Shown here piece by piece: positions 40,747 to 50,639 of a DNA stretch of 64,000 nucleotides. How positions within the stretch are numbered: position 1 is the first letter of the stretch; every line of letters starts with the position of its first letter. Origin of the DNA: an uncultured Gammaproteobacteria bacterium (lineage in GTDB: Bacteria > Patescibacteriota > Patescibacteriia > JACQRZ01); contig CAZUKY010000001.1 of the NCBI GenBank assembly GCA_964621085.1, positions 22,951 to 86,950 on the forward strand, given 5' to 3'. Below the pieces are notes generated by a model. That model had not been told where the DNA came from. It ran no database searches and was given only the letters and a program-made list of their open reading frames with translations. The position numbers and the translations under genes are program-made.

Positions 40747-41706
40747 TCATCCGTTCCCTTTCCGTAAAAAATGCCGCACGTGAGAGAGCGCATCTTTTTC
40801 GTTCCGGATCCAACAGATATCGGGATTTCGGCGCCACCAGGTAAGCTGCCGGCGGGCAAAGTCATGGGTCGCGAATGCAAGTCGCGCAAGTGTTTCCTCA
40901 AGCGCCGCGCAACGCTCACGCGCCGTCAATGACGCCTCTTTTTCGAGATATTCAGAGAGAAAACGGTACTCAAGGCCCAGTGAAGAGAGCCATTTTTTTG
41001 ACACACCCATCGCGTGAAGCCTGCGCACCTCTCCTATTAGGCCTTTTCGCGTACGAGTTTTGATGCGCTCGTCGATGCGAGCGTAGAGCGTTTGGCGCGG
41101 CAGATCGATGCCGAGAATCAAAGATTGATACCGATCTCTTCCCTGCTGTTTCTGCGCTACGAATGAGCGGCCTGTCGCGCGCACGACCTCAAGGGCTCGG
41201 ATGAGACGGCGACGATTGCATACATCGATTGCGGCATACGACTGGGGATCCGACTCGGCAAGCAGCGCAGCAAGGCGATCCGTTGATTTCTTTTCGAGCT
41301 GCTCACGGTATGCCGGGTCAAAGACGGCCGGCGGCAAATCGAAATTTCGGACCACAGCATCAATATAGAGAGCTGTTCCTCCGACGAGGAACGGAACCTT
41401 TCCTCGTTTCGAAATGCCAAAAATCGCCTCATCCGCCTTTATTTTATAATCAGCGAGCGTGAACGGCTGCTGCCCGCCGCGCCAGCGCTTCGGCGGCAAT
41501 GCGACATCCAGGAGGTGATGTGGAACTTCTCGCCGCTCGCGTTTTGTCACCTTTCCGGTTCCCAGATCAAGACCGGTATAGACCTGTCGCGAGTCAGCCG
41601 ATACGATCTCACCGTTGAACTGCTTCGCAAGCCGGATTGCGAGATCCGACTTGCCGGATGCTGTCGGGCCAAGGAGAACGACAAGTTTAATCTGCGAGCG
41701 ATCCAT
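40747..41706 (-). CDS. miaA: tRNA dimethylallyltransferase
   Basis: P-loop GPTASGKS and the MiaA core. Overlaps the miaB stop by about 20 nt. Confidence 0.9.
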   Translation of the reverse strand: MDRSQIKLVVLLGPTASGKSDLAIRLAKQFNGEIVSADSRQVYTGLDLGTGKVTKRERREVPHHLLDVALPPKRWRGGQQPFTLADYKIKADEAIFGISKRGKVPFLVGGTALYIDAVVRNFDLPPAVFDPAYREQLEKKSTDRLAALLAESDPQSYAAIDVCNRRRLIRALEVVRATGRSFVAQKQQGRDRYQSLILGIDLPRQTLYARIDERIKTRTRKGLIGEVRRLHAMGVSKKWLSSLGLEYRFLSEYLEKEASLTARERCAALEETLARLAFATHDFARRQLTWWRRNPDICWIRNEKDALSHVRHFLRKGNG

Positions 41707-43033
41707 ACAAGACCCACTCAACTGCCCGATCGATATGAACAGAGACGATCTGCCCAATGAGTGATGGTTCACCTCGAAAATTGACGCGCTTCATTTCTCG
41801 GGAGTTGCCGCTCGCAACGCCCTTCTCGCACGAGTCGACAAGCACCGATACGGTTGTGCCGACGAATGCCTGATTTTTTCGCAAAACTGTCTCCTCCATC
41901 AGTCGCTGCAGTGCGTGCCACCGTCGCTTCTTTTCGTGTCGCCCCACATCATCCTTGTACATCCTGACCGCCGCAGTTCCTGACCGGACCGAGTACATCG
42001 CAGTGTAGGCGATATCAAAATCGCACACGCGGTACAGATCCAGGGTTTCTTCAAACTGCTCTTCGGTTTCGCCGCAAAATCCTACGATAATATCGGTACC
42101 CAGGGCGATAGTTGGTGCCAGTTCTCGGAGCTTTGCGATGCGTTCGATATAGTACTCGCGCGTATAGGGCCGGTTCATCCGCTTTAATACCTCATTGCTG
42201 CCGCTTTGCAGAGGCAGATGCAAGTAATTGACGTGCTTTGGCAATGTGAGAGCCGCAAGAGTCTGGTCATCCATGTACTGGGGATGCGCGGCGGTGAAAT
42301 GGATTCTCTGAATGCCGTCGATCTGATTAAGCTCCCACATGAGTGCAGCAAAGGCGTTTTTCGAATGATCGTATGGATTTTTCGGACTCAAATGCTCCTT
42401 ATCTGGCGGATTGTACAGATTGACGGTCTGTCCCAAGATCGTGATTTCAACCGTACCGGCAGCAGCGCGATCTCGCGCCTCGGCCAACACATCGGCAAGC
42501 GGTCGGTCTTTCTGACGGCCCCGCGAGTACGGAACAACACAGTAGGTGCAAAACTTATTGCAGCCGTTGCTTATGGGAATAAATGCCTGGAATGCCGTCT
42601 GGTACGCCGGCCTGATTTTGAGATAGTGGTCGTATTCGGACTCGGCCCGTAAAGTGGCCTGATCGACAAGATCCGACCGGATCTCGCTGAGGCGCTGCGG
42701 AAGGTAAATTAACTCGTCAGTCGGGAAAAAGAGGTCAACAGAGGGCAGCCGCTCGCGGATCTTGCCATCCGTATCGCGACCGGCCATGCAGCCAGTTACG
42801 GCAACAATCAGATCCTTTTTTTTCGCCTTTAGCGTTTCCAAGTTGTGTGCGATGCCATACATCCGGTCTTCCGCCATCTGGCGAACCGAACAGGTGTTGT
42901 AGACAAGAATATCGGCAGACTCATCCGAGTCCGTTTCCTCCGCGCCAAGTCGGCGCAAAAGGGCTGCAATGCGCTCGGAGTCAGACTTGTTCATCTGGCA
43001 GCCGAATGTCGTGATCTTAAAAAATGATGACAT
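41687..43033 (-). CDS. miaB: tRNA-2-methylthio-N6-dimethylallyladenosine synthase (radical SAM methylthiotransferase)
   Basis: MTTase N-domain, radical SAM CNKFCTYC motif, and a TRAM C-terminal domain. Confidence 0.9.
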   Translation of the reverse strand: MSSFFKITTFGCQMNKSDSERIAALLRRLGAEETDSDESADILVYNTCSVRQMAEDRMYGIAHNLETLKAKKKDLIVAVTGCMAGRDTDGKIRERLPSVDLFFPTDELIYLPQRLSEIRSDLVDQATLRAESEYDHYLKIRPAYQTAFQAFIPISNGCNKFCTYCVVPYSRGRQKDRPLADVLAEARDRAAAGTVEITILGQTVNLYNPPDKEHLSPKNPYDHSKNAFAALMWELNQIDGIQRIHFTAAHPQYMDDQTLAALTLPKHVNYLHLPLQSGSNEVLKRMNRPYTREYYIERIAKLRELAPTIALGTDIIVGFCGETEEQFEETLDLYRVCDFDIAYTAMYSVRSGTAAVRMYKDDVGRHEKKRRWHALQRLMEETVLRKNQAFVGTTVSVLVDSCEKGVASGNSREMKRVNFRGEPSLIGQIVSVHIDRAVEWVLYGSLAD

Positions 43034-43720
43034 ATTTGCTTATACTAACAAATGCAGGAAGTATTGTAAATGAAGAAGAGGCCAACCGCAGAAACTGCAG
43101 CTGGCCTCAGGGGAAGCCCTGGTTGGGCGTCCCCGGCGGCGCGCATCGGAAACGTGCGAGTGCTATCAGCAATGGTTGATCAGTCGAGAGAATCCTTGGA
43201 GGGCTCACGACGATGATCGACCGTGCCGAGGCACTGCAGCTCCGGTCCTTCCAGCCCGCCCGAAAGGTGTTTGAATCCGTTCGGGGAATGGGGACTGTCA
43301 ATTGAAAGCGCCGACTCTGCGCATTTTTCATCCGTTCGGATGTGTTCGCGTCCAGAGGAACGCGTTTTGTCCGAAGAGACTCGCTGCTCGATCCCGTGCA
43401 AGCAGCAGGCAGTAAAAGGCAAACTGCCTTCGAAACGCAGGTGCTCTGCCCGACCGCAGTTGCGATCGATTCAGAACTACAGGAGTTAACCTGTATTTGC
43501 GGGCTCCACCATGGGTAGATGGCAAGAACCTGCGACGCTCCGTGAGGGAGACCTTCTCCACACCGCAGAGCGGAGTGTCGATTGTCCGAACCTTGAAGGA
43601 AGACGTGAAATAATAATAACGCCAAAGCGAATTTCAGTCAATAAAACGACAATGGCAAATTTCACTTTTATTTATAACAAAAATTGAGAGTCTGGATTTA
43701 CCTGATAAAAGTTATCCACA

Positions 43721-45529
43721 CTACCTCTTTAAAGTCTGGTGCAATTCATCGAGAAAATGTGCGATGCACTCCTCCAATTTCACGTCCTTGATCTCCTTGC
43801 TGCCGCGTGCGCGGAGCGCGATGGTCTGCAGATCCGACTCTTTATCGCCGATCACGATCATATACGGCACTTTTGACTTCTCAGCTTTGCGGATCTTGTA
43901 CCCGACCGTCTCATTGGACTCGTCAACTTCGACGCGGATACCGTTTTCCTGCAAACGCAAGGCAAGCTTTCTGCTCGACTCCAGATGCGAAAGCCCAACG
44001 GGCACGATCGCAGCCTGTACGGGCGAGAGCCAGAACGGAAAAGCGCCGGCAAAGTGCTCGATGATGATTCCCAAGAATCGCTCCGTGGATCCGAGAATGG
44101 CGCGATGAATGACGATAGGCCGCTGCTTGGTGCCGTCGGCAGCCGCATACTCGCACGAGAACCGCTGCGGAAGATTATAGTCAAGCTGAATGGTGGAGAG
44201 CTGCCACTCCCGTCCGATCGCGTCCTTGAACATAAAATCAAGTTTCGGGCCATAGAACGCCGCCTCACCAACTGCAACCTCAACCGGCATTCCCTTCTCC
44301 GCAACGACCCGCTTCAGAGCGGCTTCGGCGGTTTCCCAATACTCGTCAGTACCGATATACTTTTCGCGGTTCTGGGGGTCATGCACAGAAACCGTCACGC
44401 GAAAGTCCGTCAGTCCGAATACAGCGTATACGTCTTTGATCATATCGAGCATGAGAGCAATTTCTCCCTCGATCTGATCCGGCGCGCAAAACACGTGGCA
44501 GTCGTCCTGCGTCAGCGCACGCACGCGCGTCAATCCGGAGAGCTCGCCCGACTTTTCATACCGATAGTTTGTTGTTGTACAGGTATACCGGACCGGCAGA
44601 TCCCGATAACTGTGCGGCAGCGTGTTGTACAGCATCATGAAGTGCGGGCAGTTCATCGGCTTGAGGTAGTAGCGATCCTCGTCAAGAACCATTGGCGGAT
44701 ACATCGCATCGTACTTGTCCAGGTGTCCCGAAATCCGATACAGGGGCTCTTTTGTGATATGCGGAATCCAGATCGGAACGTATCCACGCTTCTCCTGCAT
44801 CTCGATGACAAGATTCTCGACGAGCCTGCGCAAGAGCGCACCCTTTGGATAAAAAAGTGGCAGTCCCGGTCCGATCTCATCGATGATAGTAAAGAGTTCG
44901 AGCTCGCGGCCCAGCTTTCGATGATCGCGTTTCTCTGCCTCCTCGAGTAAGGTGAGATGGGCTGCAAGCTCATCTTTTGTCTGAAACGCGTATCCGTAGA
45001 TGCGCGTGAGCATTGGATTTTTCTCATCGCCGCGCCAATAGGCGCCCGCAACCGATTTCAGTTTGAAAACACCAATGTCTCTCGTACTCGAAACATGCGG
45101 TCCGCGGCACAAGTCAACAAAGTCGCCAGTGCGATAGAGGGACACGATAGCGTTCTCCCCCATGCCAGAAACGGCAGACTCTTCTTCTCCGATACGTGTC
45201 GTTCCGTGTTTTTCAATATCTTCAAGCAGTTGTACCTTAAAACCCTGCCCCAGGGACGCCATGATCTCCTTCGCCCTGCCAAGCGGGAGCTCCTCGCGCT
45301 CAAAAGAAAGGTTTTCCTTTTTAATCCGCTCCATCTCTTTCTCGATCTTTCCAAAATCATCAGTCGAGATGGGTGTCGAAGTTAAAACATCGTAGTAAAA
45401 ACCGTTCTCCACAACCGGCCCCACGCCAAACTGAGTACCAGGATACAGTCTCTGAAGGGCAGCGGCGAGCAAATGCGCAGCCGAATGGCGCATGGTTTCG
45501 ATTGGGGAGGCTTCTTTTTCACTTGACAT
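43721..45529 (-). CDS. thrS: Threonyl-tRNA synthetase (lacks the N-terminal TGS domain)
   Basis: Editing-domain HxxxH (HSAAHLL), class II catalytic motifs, and an anticodon-binding domain; 602 aa. Confidence 0.93.
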   Translation of the reverse strand: MSSEKEASPIETMRHSAAHLLAAALQRLYPGTQFGVGPVVENGFYYDVLTSTPISTDDFGKIEKEMERIKKENLSFEREELPLGRAKEIMASLGQGFKVQLLEDIEKHGTTRIGEEESAVSGMGENAIVSLYRTGDFVDLCRGPHVSSTRDIGVFKLKSVAGAYWRGDEKNPMLTRIYGYAFQTKDELAAHLTLLEEAEKRDHRKLGRELELFTIIDEIGPGLPLFYPKGALLRRLVENLVIEMQEKRGYVPIWIPHITKEPLYRISGHLDKYDAMYPPMVLDEDRYYLKPMNCPHFMMLYNTLPHSYRDLPVRYTCTTTNYRYEKSGELSGLTRVRALTQDDCHVFCAPDQIEGEIALMLDMIKDVYAVFGLTDFRVTVSVHDPQNREKYIGTDEYWETAEAALKRVVAEKGMPVEVAVGEAAFYGPKLDFMFKDAIGREWQLSTIQLDYNLPQRFSCEYAAADGTKQRPIVIHRAILGSTERFLGIIIEHFAGAFPFWLSPVQAAIVPVGLSHLESSRKLALRLQENGIRVEVDESNETVGYKIRKAEKSKVPYMIVIGDKESDLQTIALRARGSKEIKDVKLEECIAHFLDELHQTLKR

Positions 45530-45536
45530 AAGATCC

Positions 45537-45565
45537 TTGACAGGTTTTTATGGATGTGTTATGCT
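45537..45565 (+). promoter_or_regulatory. Sigma70-like promoter (TTGACA, 17-nt spacer, TATGCT), divergent from thrS; a second -10 (TATAAT) lies at 45577-45582
   Basis: Consensus -35 and near-consensus -10 with a 17-nt spacer. There is no plus-strand CDS downstream before the strong terminators. Confidence 0.5.
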
Positions 45566-45721
45566 TTTGACTGCACTATAATGCATAAATGGCATGGTAT
45601 GGATTGGCGGGGCACCGCTCAGGTCCATGGACTTGTCTCCATGCGCATGCCGTGCAAACAAGTGTACACTATGAGTCGGGTCAATCCTGCTTCCCTGATT
45701 CATCTGCGGCTGTACGCCGCA

Positions 45722-45776
45722 CCGCCCCCATCCCCACCGGGATGACAGACAGGACTGCGAAGGGGCGGTTTTTTTA
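45722..45776 (+). terminator. Terminator-like structure: CCGCCCC / GGGGCGG outer stem enclosing an inner hairpin, followed by T8
   Basis: Outer stem at 45722-45728 and 45762-45768; inner hairpin CATCCC-CACC-GGGATG; then TTTTTTTT. Confidence 0.5.
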
Positions 45777-45781
45777 AATCA

Positions 45782-45810
45782 AAATAAGGGGTTATTTCCC
45801 CTTATTTTAT
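45782..45810. terminator. Bidirectional rho-independent terminator
   Basis: 8-bp stem ATAAGGGG / CCCCTTAT flanked by A-runs and T-runs. Serves the minus-strand gene ending at 45843. Confidence 0.55.
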
Positions 45811-45842
45811 GCTATTTTTTACAAATTGCAACCCATGACTCT

Positions 45843-47009
45843 TTACGGTTTCTTCATGATAATGTGGATATGATCCACAAATAATGGGGCTCGGGTGACC
45901 CAGAATGGGTAGAATTTGACCTCGGTATCGGTAATACCCTCGAATGATGCGAAATAATCATCGATCTCGCGCGCATTTTTGCCGACAAGCCGCTTCTTTT
46001 GCACGCCAAGGCTTTCGGCCGATACGACTTGCGTCGCATCGACTGTGACGGCGAGATTCGCACGAACGGCTGGTGCTCCGGCCTGAATCTCTTCAAGCGT
46101 TATGCGCATGTCGGCATCAGTGAAGTCAAGAAAGCGCATGCCAGGATCCGAACGCTCGGCGAGCTGCTCTTTGATGTGCTCTTTCAGATCCCCCACATCA
46201 TAGACAACACCCTCGAGCCGAACCTTGGCACGAGCAGAAAAACGTTCCTTTGTATCACCGACCTTCGCATCAGCCGTGACGCTTTCCAGGGAGTGGCGCA
46301 CGACAGTCTGAGCCTGCAGAGGCGTCCATCGCGCGTCGCGGCTCCGCGTTATAAGCTCATCGGCAAACGTGCGGCGCGACGCCTCAGCAATCGACTCGCC
46401 CGCCTTTGCGATATCATCCTGAGTGACACTCGCAACTCGGGAGGCATCCTCAACATGGCGCTCGAATGTTGTTCCATAAATAAGGGACTGAAGTTCGCTC
46501 CAAAGGCCCGGCAACGTAAAGCGGTCGGTGGGAAGCGTGCCGATATCTCCTTCTTTGTCAGCTATGACTGCCACCTCGACCTTGCCTCCGGCAGGAACCG
46601 TGACGAAGTCCTGTGTTCTGAAAAGACGACCATCGCTTGAAAGAAGTCGCGTCGTCGCGCGCAGCGGCTGGTCCTTCGAGTAGTTGTTTACGATGGTTAT
46701 GGTTCCCCGCGCTTTTACGGGTCCGCGATCCACAACTCCGCTGGCAGAAAAGTCCCCGTCGCCTTCGCGCGTCTCGCTGAAAATGCGTCCCTGTATACCG
46801 TCTCCGTCAGGCAATTGATCTGATGATGCGCTATCATGAACGGCGACTGAAAAGACGTACGTCGATGAAAACGGCTGTGGCGCAATAGTAATTGTTGCCC
46901 AGCTGAATGTTATGTAAAAAACGAACAGCGCTATGAGCGCGGAAGCGAAAAGAAATGGCATGGCAATCCGCCGAGTCAGCGACAGTTCGTTGCGTTTGCG
47001 AAGAACCAT
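45843..47009 (-). CDS. Hypothetical membrane-anchored protein
   Basis: N-terminal TM helix (FLFASALIALFVFYITF) followed by a large soluble domain. Start uncertain (47009 or 46961). Confidence 0.45.
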   Translation of the reverse strand: MVLRKRNELSLTRRIAMPFLFASALIALFVFYITFSWATITIAPQPFSSTYVFSVAVHDSASSDQLPDGDGIQGRIFSETREGDGDFSASGVVDRGPVKARGTITIVNNYSKDQPLRATTRLLSSDGRLFRTQDFVTVPAGGKVEVAVIADKEGDIGTLPTDRFTLPGLWSELQSLIYGTTFERHVEDASRVASVTQDDIAKAGESIAEASRRTFADELITRSRDARWTPLQAQTVVRHSLESVTADAKVGDTKERFSARAKVRLEGVVYDVGDLKEHIKEQLAERSDPGMRFLDFTDADMRITLEEIQAGAPAVRANLAVTVDATQVVSAESLGVQKKRLVGKNAREIDDYFASFEGITDTEVKFYPFWVTRAPLFVDHIHIIMKKP

Positions 47010-47019
47010 AAAAAACCGA

Positions 47020-50000
47020 TTAAAAAGTTTCTTGGTATTGGTGTGATGAGAACTCGTCCTCTGACAATGAAGGCTGAATACTCTCGTCAGGAGCAGGTTC
47101 ATGGGCGCTGGATCCGGCAGCAGGCGGCGCGGCCACGTTTTGGAGATAGACGAGCCCTTCTGATGTTATCTCTTTCACGCGCGAACAAAGGAGTTTTGCC
47201 TCGGCATCTTTGTGGGAAATTTTACCCTCTACTGCAAGGATCTTATCGCTTTCCCAGAGTGCCGCACTATCTTTCAGCACCGAGGGAAACACAATCACCT
47301 CAAGCGCGTCATGCAGGTCTTCGACTTTTACAAACAGCATCGCCTCATTCTTTTTCGTATAGATTTTCTTTACGCTCGAGACGATGCCGCAAATTTTTGC
47401 GTTCCGGCCTTCCGGCAGACGCTTCGCATCCACGCACGGAAGAACGAATCGGGCGACAAGCGGGTACACTTCCTTGAGCGGGTGGTCTGAAATATACAGG
47501 CCCAACAGCTCCTTTTCCCATACCAGGCGCTCTCGCGGATCGCCTCCTGGCGCCGGTTCGAGCGTGAGCACAGCAGGCGCAAGCAGGTTGCTGCCAAACA
47601 GCGATCCCTGGAGCGATTGCGCATCCGCGTTCCGCTTTTTGCTGTAAGACAGCATCTTATCGATATTATACAGCATCTGATGCCGATCGCCAAAACGGTC
47701 CATCGCTCCCGATCGGATCAGGCTTTCCAGGGATTTTTTGTTCAGGTCCTTCGTCTGGATCCGCTCAAGGAAATTCTCAAGCGACGTATAGGCTCCGCCC
47801 CTCTTGCGCTCCTGGACGATATACTCAACGATATGTTCTCCGATATTTTTTATCGCAAGCAGTCCGAAGCGGATCGTTCCTGCGCGGCCGGCGTCTGATT
47901 GGGGAACGACAGCAAAGGAGGTGAAGCTCTCATTGACATCAGGAGCCAAGACCTCAATCCCCATGCCGCGACACTCTTCGATCTCGATAGCGATACGATC
48001 CGTATTCTGCTGGTCGGCCGTCAGAAGCGCTGCCATGAATTCGGCAGGATAGTTCGCCTTCATGTATGCCGTCTGATACGCAATAAGCGCATAGCAGGCT
48101 GCGTGTGCGCGATTGAAGCCGTATCCCGCAAACGGCTCGATGAACTCGAAGACCTTTTCCGCCACTTTTTGCGATACGCCGTTTTTGCGGCAGCCGGCGA
48201 TAAACTTCTCCTTTTGTTCGATTAGAAGTTTTTGGATTTTTTTTCCGACTGCCTTGCGCAAAACATCCGCTTCTCCGAGCGTAAAACCGGCAAGCTCCTG
48301 GGCGATTTTCATGAGCTGCTCCTGATACACGGCAATGCCGTACGTCTTTTCCAGAATTGGCTCGAGCGTCGGGTGGAGATATTCCTGCTTCTTTTTTCCT
48401 TTTTTGCCGGCAATATAATCAGGGATCCACTCCATCGGCCCCGGACGGTAGAGCGCAACCATCGCAATGATATCCTCGATATTCGAGGGCTTCAGCTCCT
48501 TGAGATAGCGCTTCATGCCAGCGCTCTCAAGCTGGAAGACGCCGGTTGTCTTGCCTTCCTGCAACAGCCGATAGGTTGCGCGGTCATCCAGCGGTAACGC
48601 GTCGTAATCGATCTCGATGCCGTGGATTTTTTCCGCAATTTTTTTTGCCGTCTCGAGAATGGTAAGGTTAGACAGTCCGAGAAAGTCGAATTTCAGCAAT
48701 CCCAAATCCTCGACAGGATGCAGGGAGTACTGCGTCACGATCGTCTTGTCATCCGGCGCCACATGCTGCAGCGGGACATAGTTGACGAGGGGTTCAGCAG
48801 TGATGACGACCCCGCACGCGTGCATTGAGGTATGACGGGACACGCCCTCGAGGCGTCGCGCAATATCAAATATCTGACGCGCATCGTCGCTCGTTTCCAA
48901 GAGCTGCTTGAGCTCCGGCACGGTTGTGGCAGCCTCATCAAGCGTCGCATGCATGGGTATCATTTTTGCCATGGTATCGCAGAATGCGTAGGGCATGGAC
49001 AAGACGCGTCCGACATCCCGAATCGAGACGCGCGCTGCCATCGTTCCAAAGGTGATGATATTGGTCACGCGATCATGGCCGTACTTTTCTCTGACATAAT
49101 TCAATACGTCGTCGCGACGCGAGTCGGCAAAGTCAAGGTCAATATCCGGCATTGATATGCGTTCCGGATTCAGAAAACGTTCGAAGACCAGATCATAGCG
49201 GATCGGATCGACGTTCGTGATCTTGAGGAGATAGGCGACAATGCTGCCGGCAGCAGAGCCGCGACCCGGCCCGACGACAACACCGTGGTCTTTTGCCCAA
49301 TTGACAAAGTCAGAAACGATCAGGAAGTACGACGGATAACCGGCTGTGTTGATGACTCCCAACTCATAGGAAAGCCGATCTCGGATCTCCTGCGTTATAT
49401 CCGCGCCGTATCGGTCGGCAAGCCCTTCCTCACAGAGCCTGCGGAGCTCCGCTTCTGCTGTCGTGTCACCCGGCAGCTCGTAGTGCGGCAAAATCGTCTT
49501 GCCGAACGAGATTTCAACATCGCACTGCTCCGCAATGAGACCGGTGTTCTCTATCGCCTGCGGCACATTGGAAAACGCCTCGCGCAAGCGCTGTCCATCC
49601 TGCAGAGAAAAGTCCTCGCCCAGCATGCAGAGCCGGTTGGGATCCTTTTTTTCTTTTTTTGTTTGGAGACAGAGCATCACGTCATGGGCCTGGTCGTCGT
49701 CAGGCACCAAGTAGTGAGAATCGCCGGTGGCAATAAGGGGAATATTGTATGCTGATGCCAGCTTGATCAAGCCCTCGTTGGCGATCTGCTGGTCTGGCAA
49801 GTTCGGGTGATCCTGAAGCTCGATATAAAAATCATCGCCGAAGATGTCGAGATACCGCTGCACGATCGGACGCGGATCGCGTTTTTCCAAAATCGCCTGG
49901 GAGAGCTGCCCATTCAGGCATGATGAGGTCGCGATAATGCCCTCATGCAACTCTTCAAGAAGCTCAAAATCAACCCGCGGCTTATAATAAAAACCCTCCA

Positions 50001-50328
50001 GGTGTGATGCGGTCACCAGCTTGAGGAGGTTTTTGTACCCGGTCGTGGTTTTTGCAAGGAGAATGAGATGAAAACGCTCGTCGTCCTCCTTGCTGCCCTT
50101 TTTATGCCGCCCGCGGGATGTCAGATACGTCTCGACCCCGATGATCGGCTTTATGCCGACTTTTTTCGCTTCCTGATAAAACTCGATTGCGCCATACAGT
50201 GCGCCGTGGTCGGTCAGCGCGAGTGCGGGCATGTCAAACTCCTTTGCGCGACGCACCAAACCCTCGATCCGCGCAAGGCCGTCGAGAAGGCTATAATGGC
50301 TATGGACATGAAGATTGACAAAGCTCAT
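47020..50328 (-). CDS. dnaE: DNA polymerase III alpha subunit
   Basis: PHP domain (MSFVNLHVHSHYSLLDG), polymerase core, and an OB domain; about 1100 aa. Confidence 0.95.
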   Translation of the reverse strand: MSFVNLHVHSHYSLLDGLARIEGLVRRAKEFDMPALALTDHGALYGAIEFYQEAKKVGIKPIIGVETYLTSRGRHKKGSKEDDERFHLILLAKTTTGYKNLLKLVTASHLEGFYYKPRVDFELLEELHEGIIATSSCLNGQLSQAILEKRDPRPIVQRYLDIFGDDFYIELQDHPNLPDQQIANEGLIKLASAYNIPLIATGDSHYLVPDDDQAHDVMLCLQTKKEKKDPNRLCMLGEDFSLQDGQRLREAFSNVPQAIENTGLIAEQCDVEISFGKTILPHYELPGDTTAEAELRRLCEEGLADRYGADITQEIRDRLSYELGVINTAGYPSYFLIVSDFVNWAKDHGVVVGPGRGSAAGSIVAYLLKITNVDPIRYDLVFERFLNPERISMPDIDLDFADSRRDDVLNYVREKYGHDRVTNIITFGTMAARVSIRDVGRVLSMPYAFCDTMAKMIPMHATLDEAATTVPELKQLLETSDDARQIFDIARRLEGVSRHTSMHACGVVITAEPLVNYVPLQHVAPDDKTIVTQYSLHPVEDLGLLKFDFLGLSNLTILETAKKIAEKIHGIEIDYDALPLDDRATYRLLQEGKTTGVFQLESAGMKRYLKELKPSNIEDIIAMVALYRPGPMEWIPDYIAGKKGKKKQEYLHPTLEPILEKTYGIAVYQEQLMKIAQELAGFTLGEADVLRKAVGKKIQKLLIEQKEKFIAGCRKNGVSQKVAEKVFEFIEPFAGYGFNRAHAACYALIAYQTAYMKANYPAEFMAALLTADQQNTDRIAIEIEECRGMGIEVLAPDVNESFTSFAVVPQSDAGRAGTIRFGLLAIKNIGEHIVEYIVQERKRGGAYTSLENFLERIQTKDLNKKSLESLIRSGAMDRFGDRHQMLYNIDKMLSYSKKRNADAQSLQGSLFGSNLLAPAVLTLEPAPGGDPRERLVWEKELLGLYISDHPLKEVYPLVARFVLPCVDAKRLPEGRNAKICGIVSSVKKIYTKKNEAMLFVKVEDLHDALEVIVFPSVLKDSAALWESDKILAVEGKISHKDAEAKLLCSRVKEITSEGLVYLQNVAAPPAAGSSAHEPAPDESIQPSLSEDEFSSHQYQETF

Positions 50329-50332
50329 TTTT

Positions 50333-50602
50333 TTATTTTCGTGAGGCCCTTTTCTGATATACGGCAATAATGGCCTTAACGCCCTCGGATAAAATCTCTA
50401 CGGTGTTTTTGAAAACCTCGGCCTTGCGGCAGACTTCGCTCATGCCGCTTGTCAGATTCTTCAAGGAGTCTTCAATGGTATCCATCATGGCATGCAGCCG
50501 CCGCAAGATGCTAATTCCGTAGTAGAGCGCCACAACTGCGAATCCGCTCAAAATCACCATGACTACCATGCTGATGATAAGCCAAAGATCGTATGTTGTC
50601 AT
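50333..50602 (-). CDS. Small membrane protein (DUF948-like)
   Basis: 89 aa with one N-terminal TM helix and a coiled-coil-like remainder. Confidence 0.4.
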   Translation of the reverse strand: MTTYDLWLIISMVVMVILSGFAVVALYYGISILRRLHAMMDTIEDSLKNLTSGMSEVCRKAEVFKNTVEILSEGVKAIIAVYQKRASRK

Positions 50603-50639
50603 ATCGTTGAAAAAATAAGGATCAATGGTGATATCGCTA

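Noticed and set aside
43480-43520. Plus-strand GCGGGCTCCACCATGGGTAG resembling the RNase P RNA P4 region (GUCCGGGCUCCAUAGGGCAG)
   Set aside because: An RNase P RNA in that orientation would run about 100 nt into the thrS coding region. No matching 3' ACAGAA...GGCUUA element or other conserved regions were found, so the resemblance is insufficient.
43107-43625. 172-aa ORF (TTG start) spanning the miaB-thrS GC-rich region as a possible protein gene
   Set aside because: The translation is low-complexity (Cys/Ser/Pro/Arg-rich) and has no ATG start, SD or domain. The region is better explained as structured non-coding sequence (see findings).
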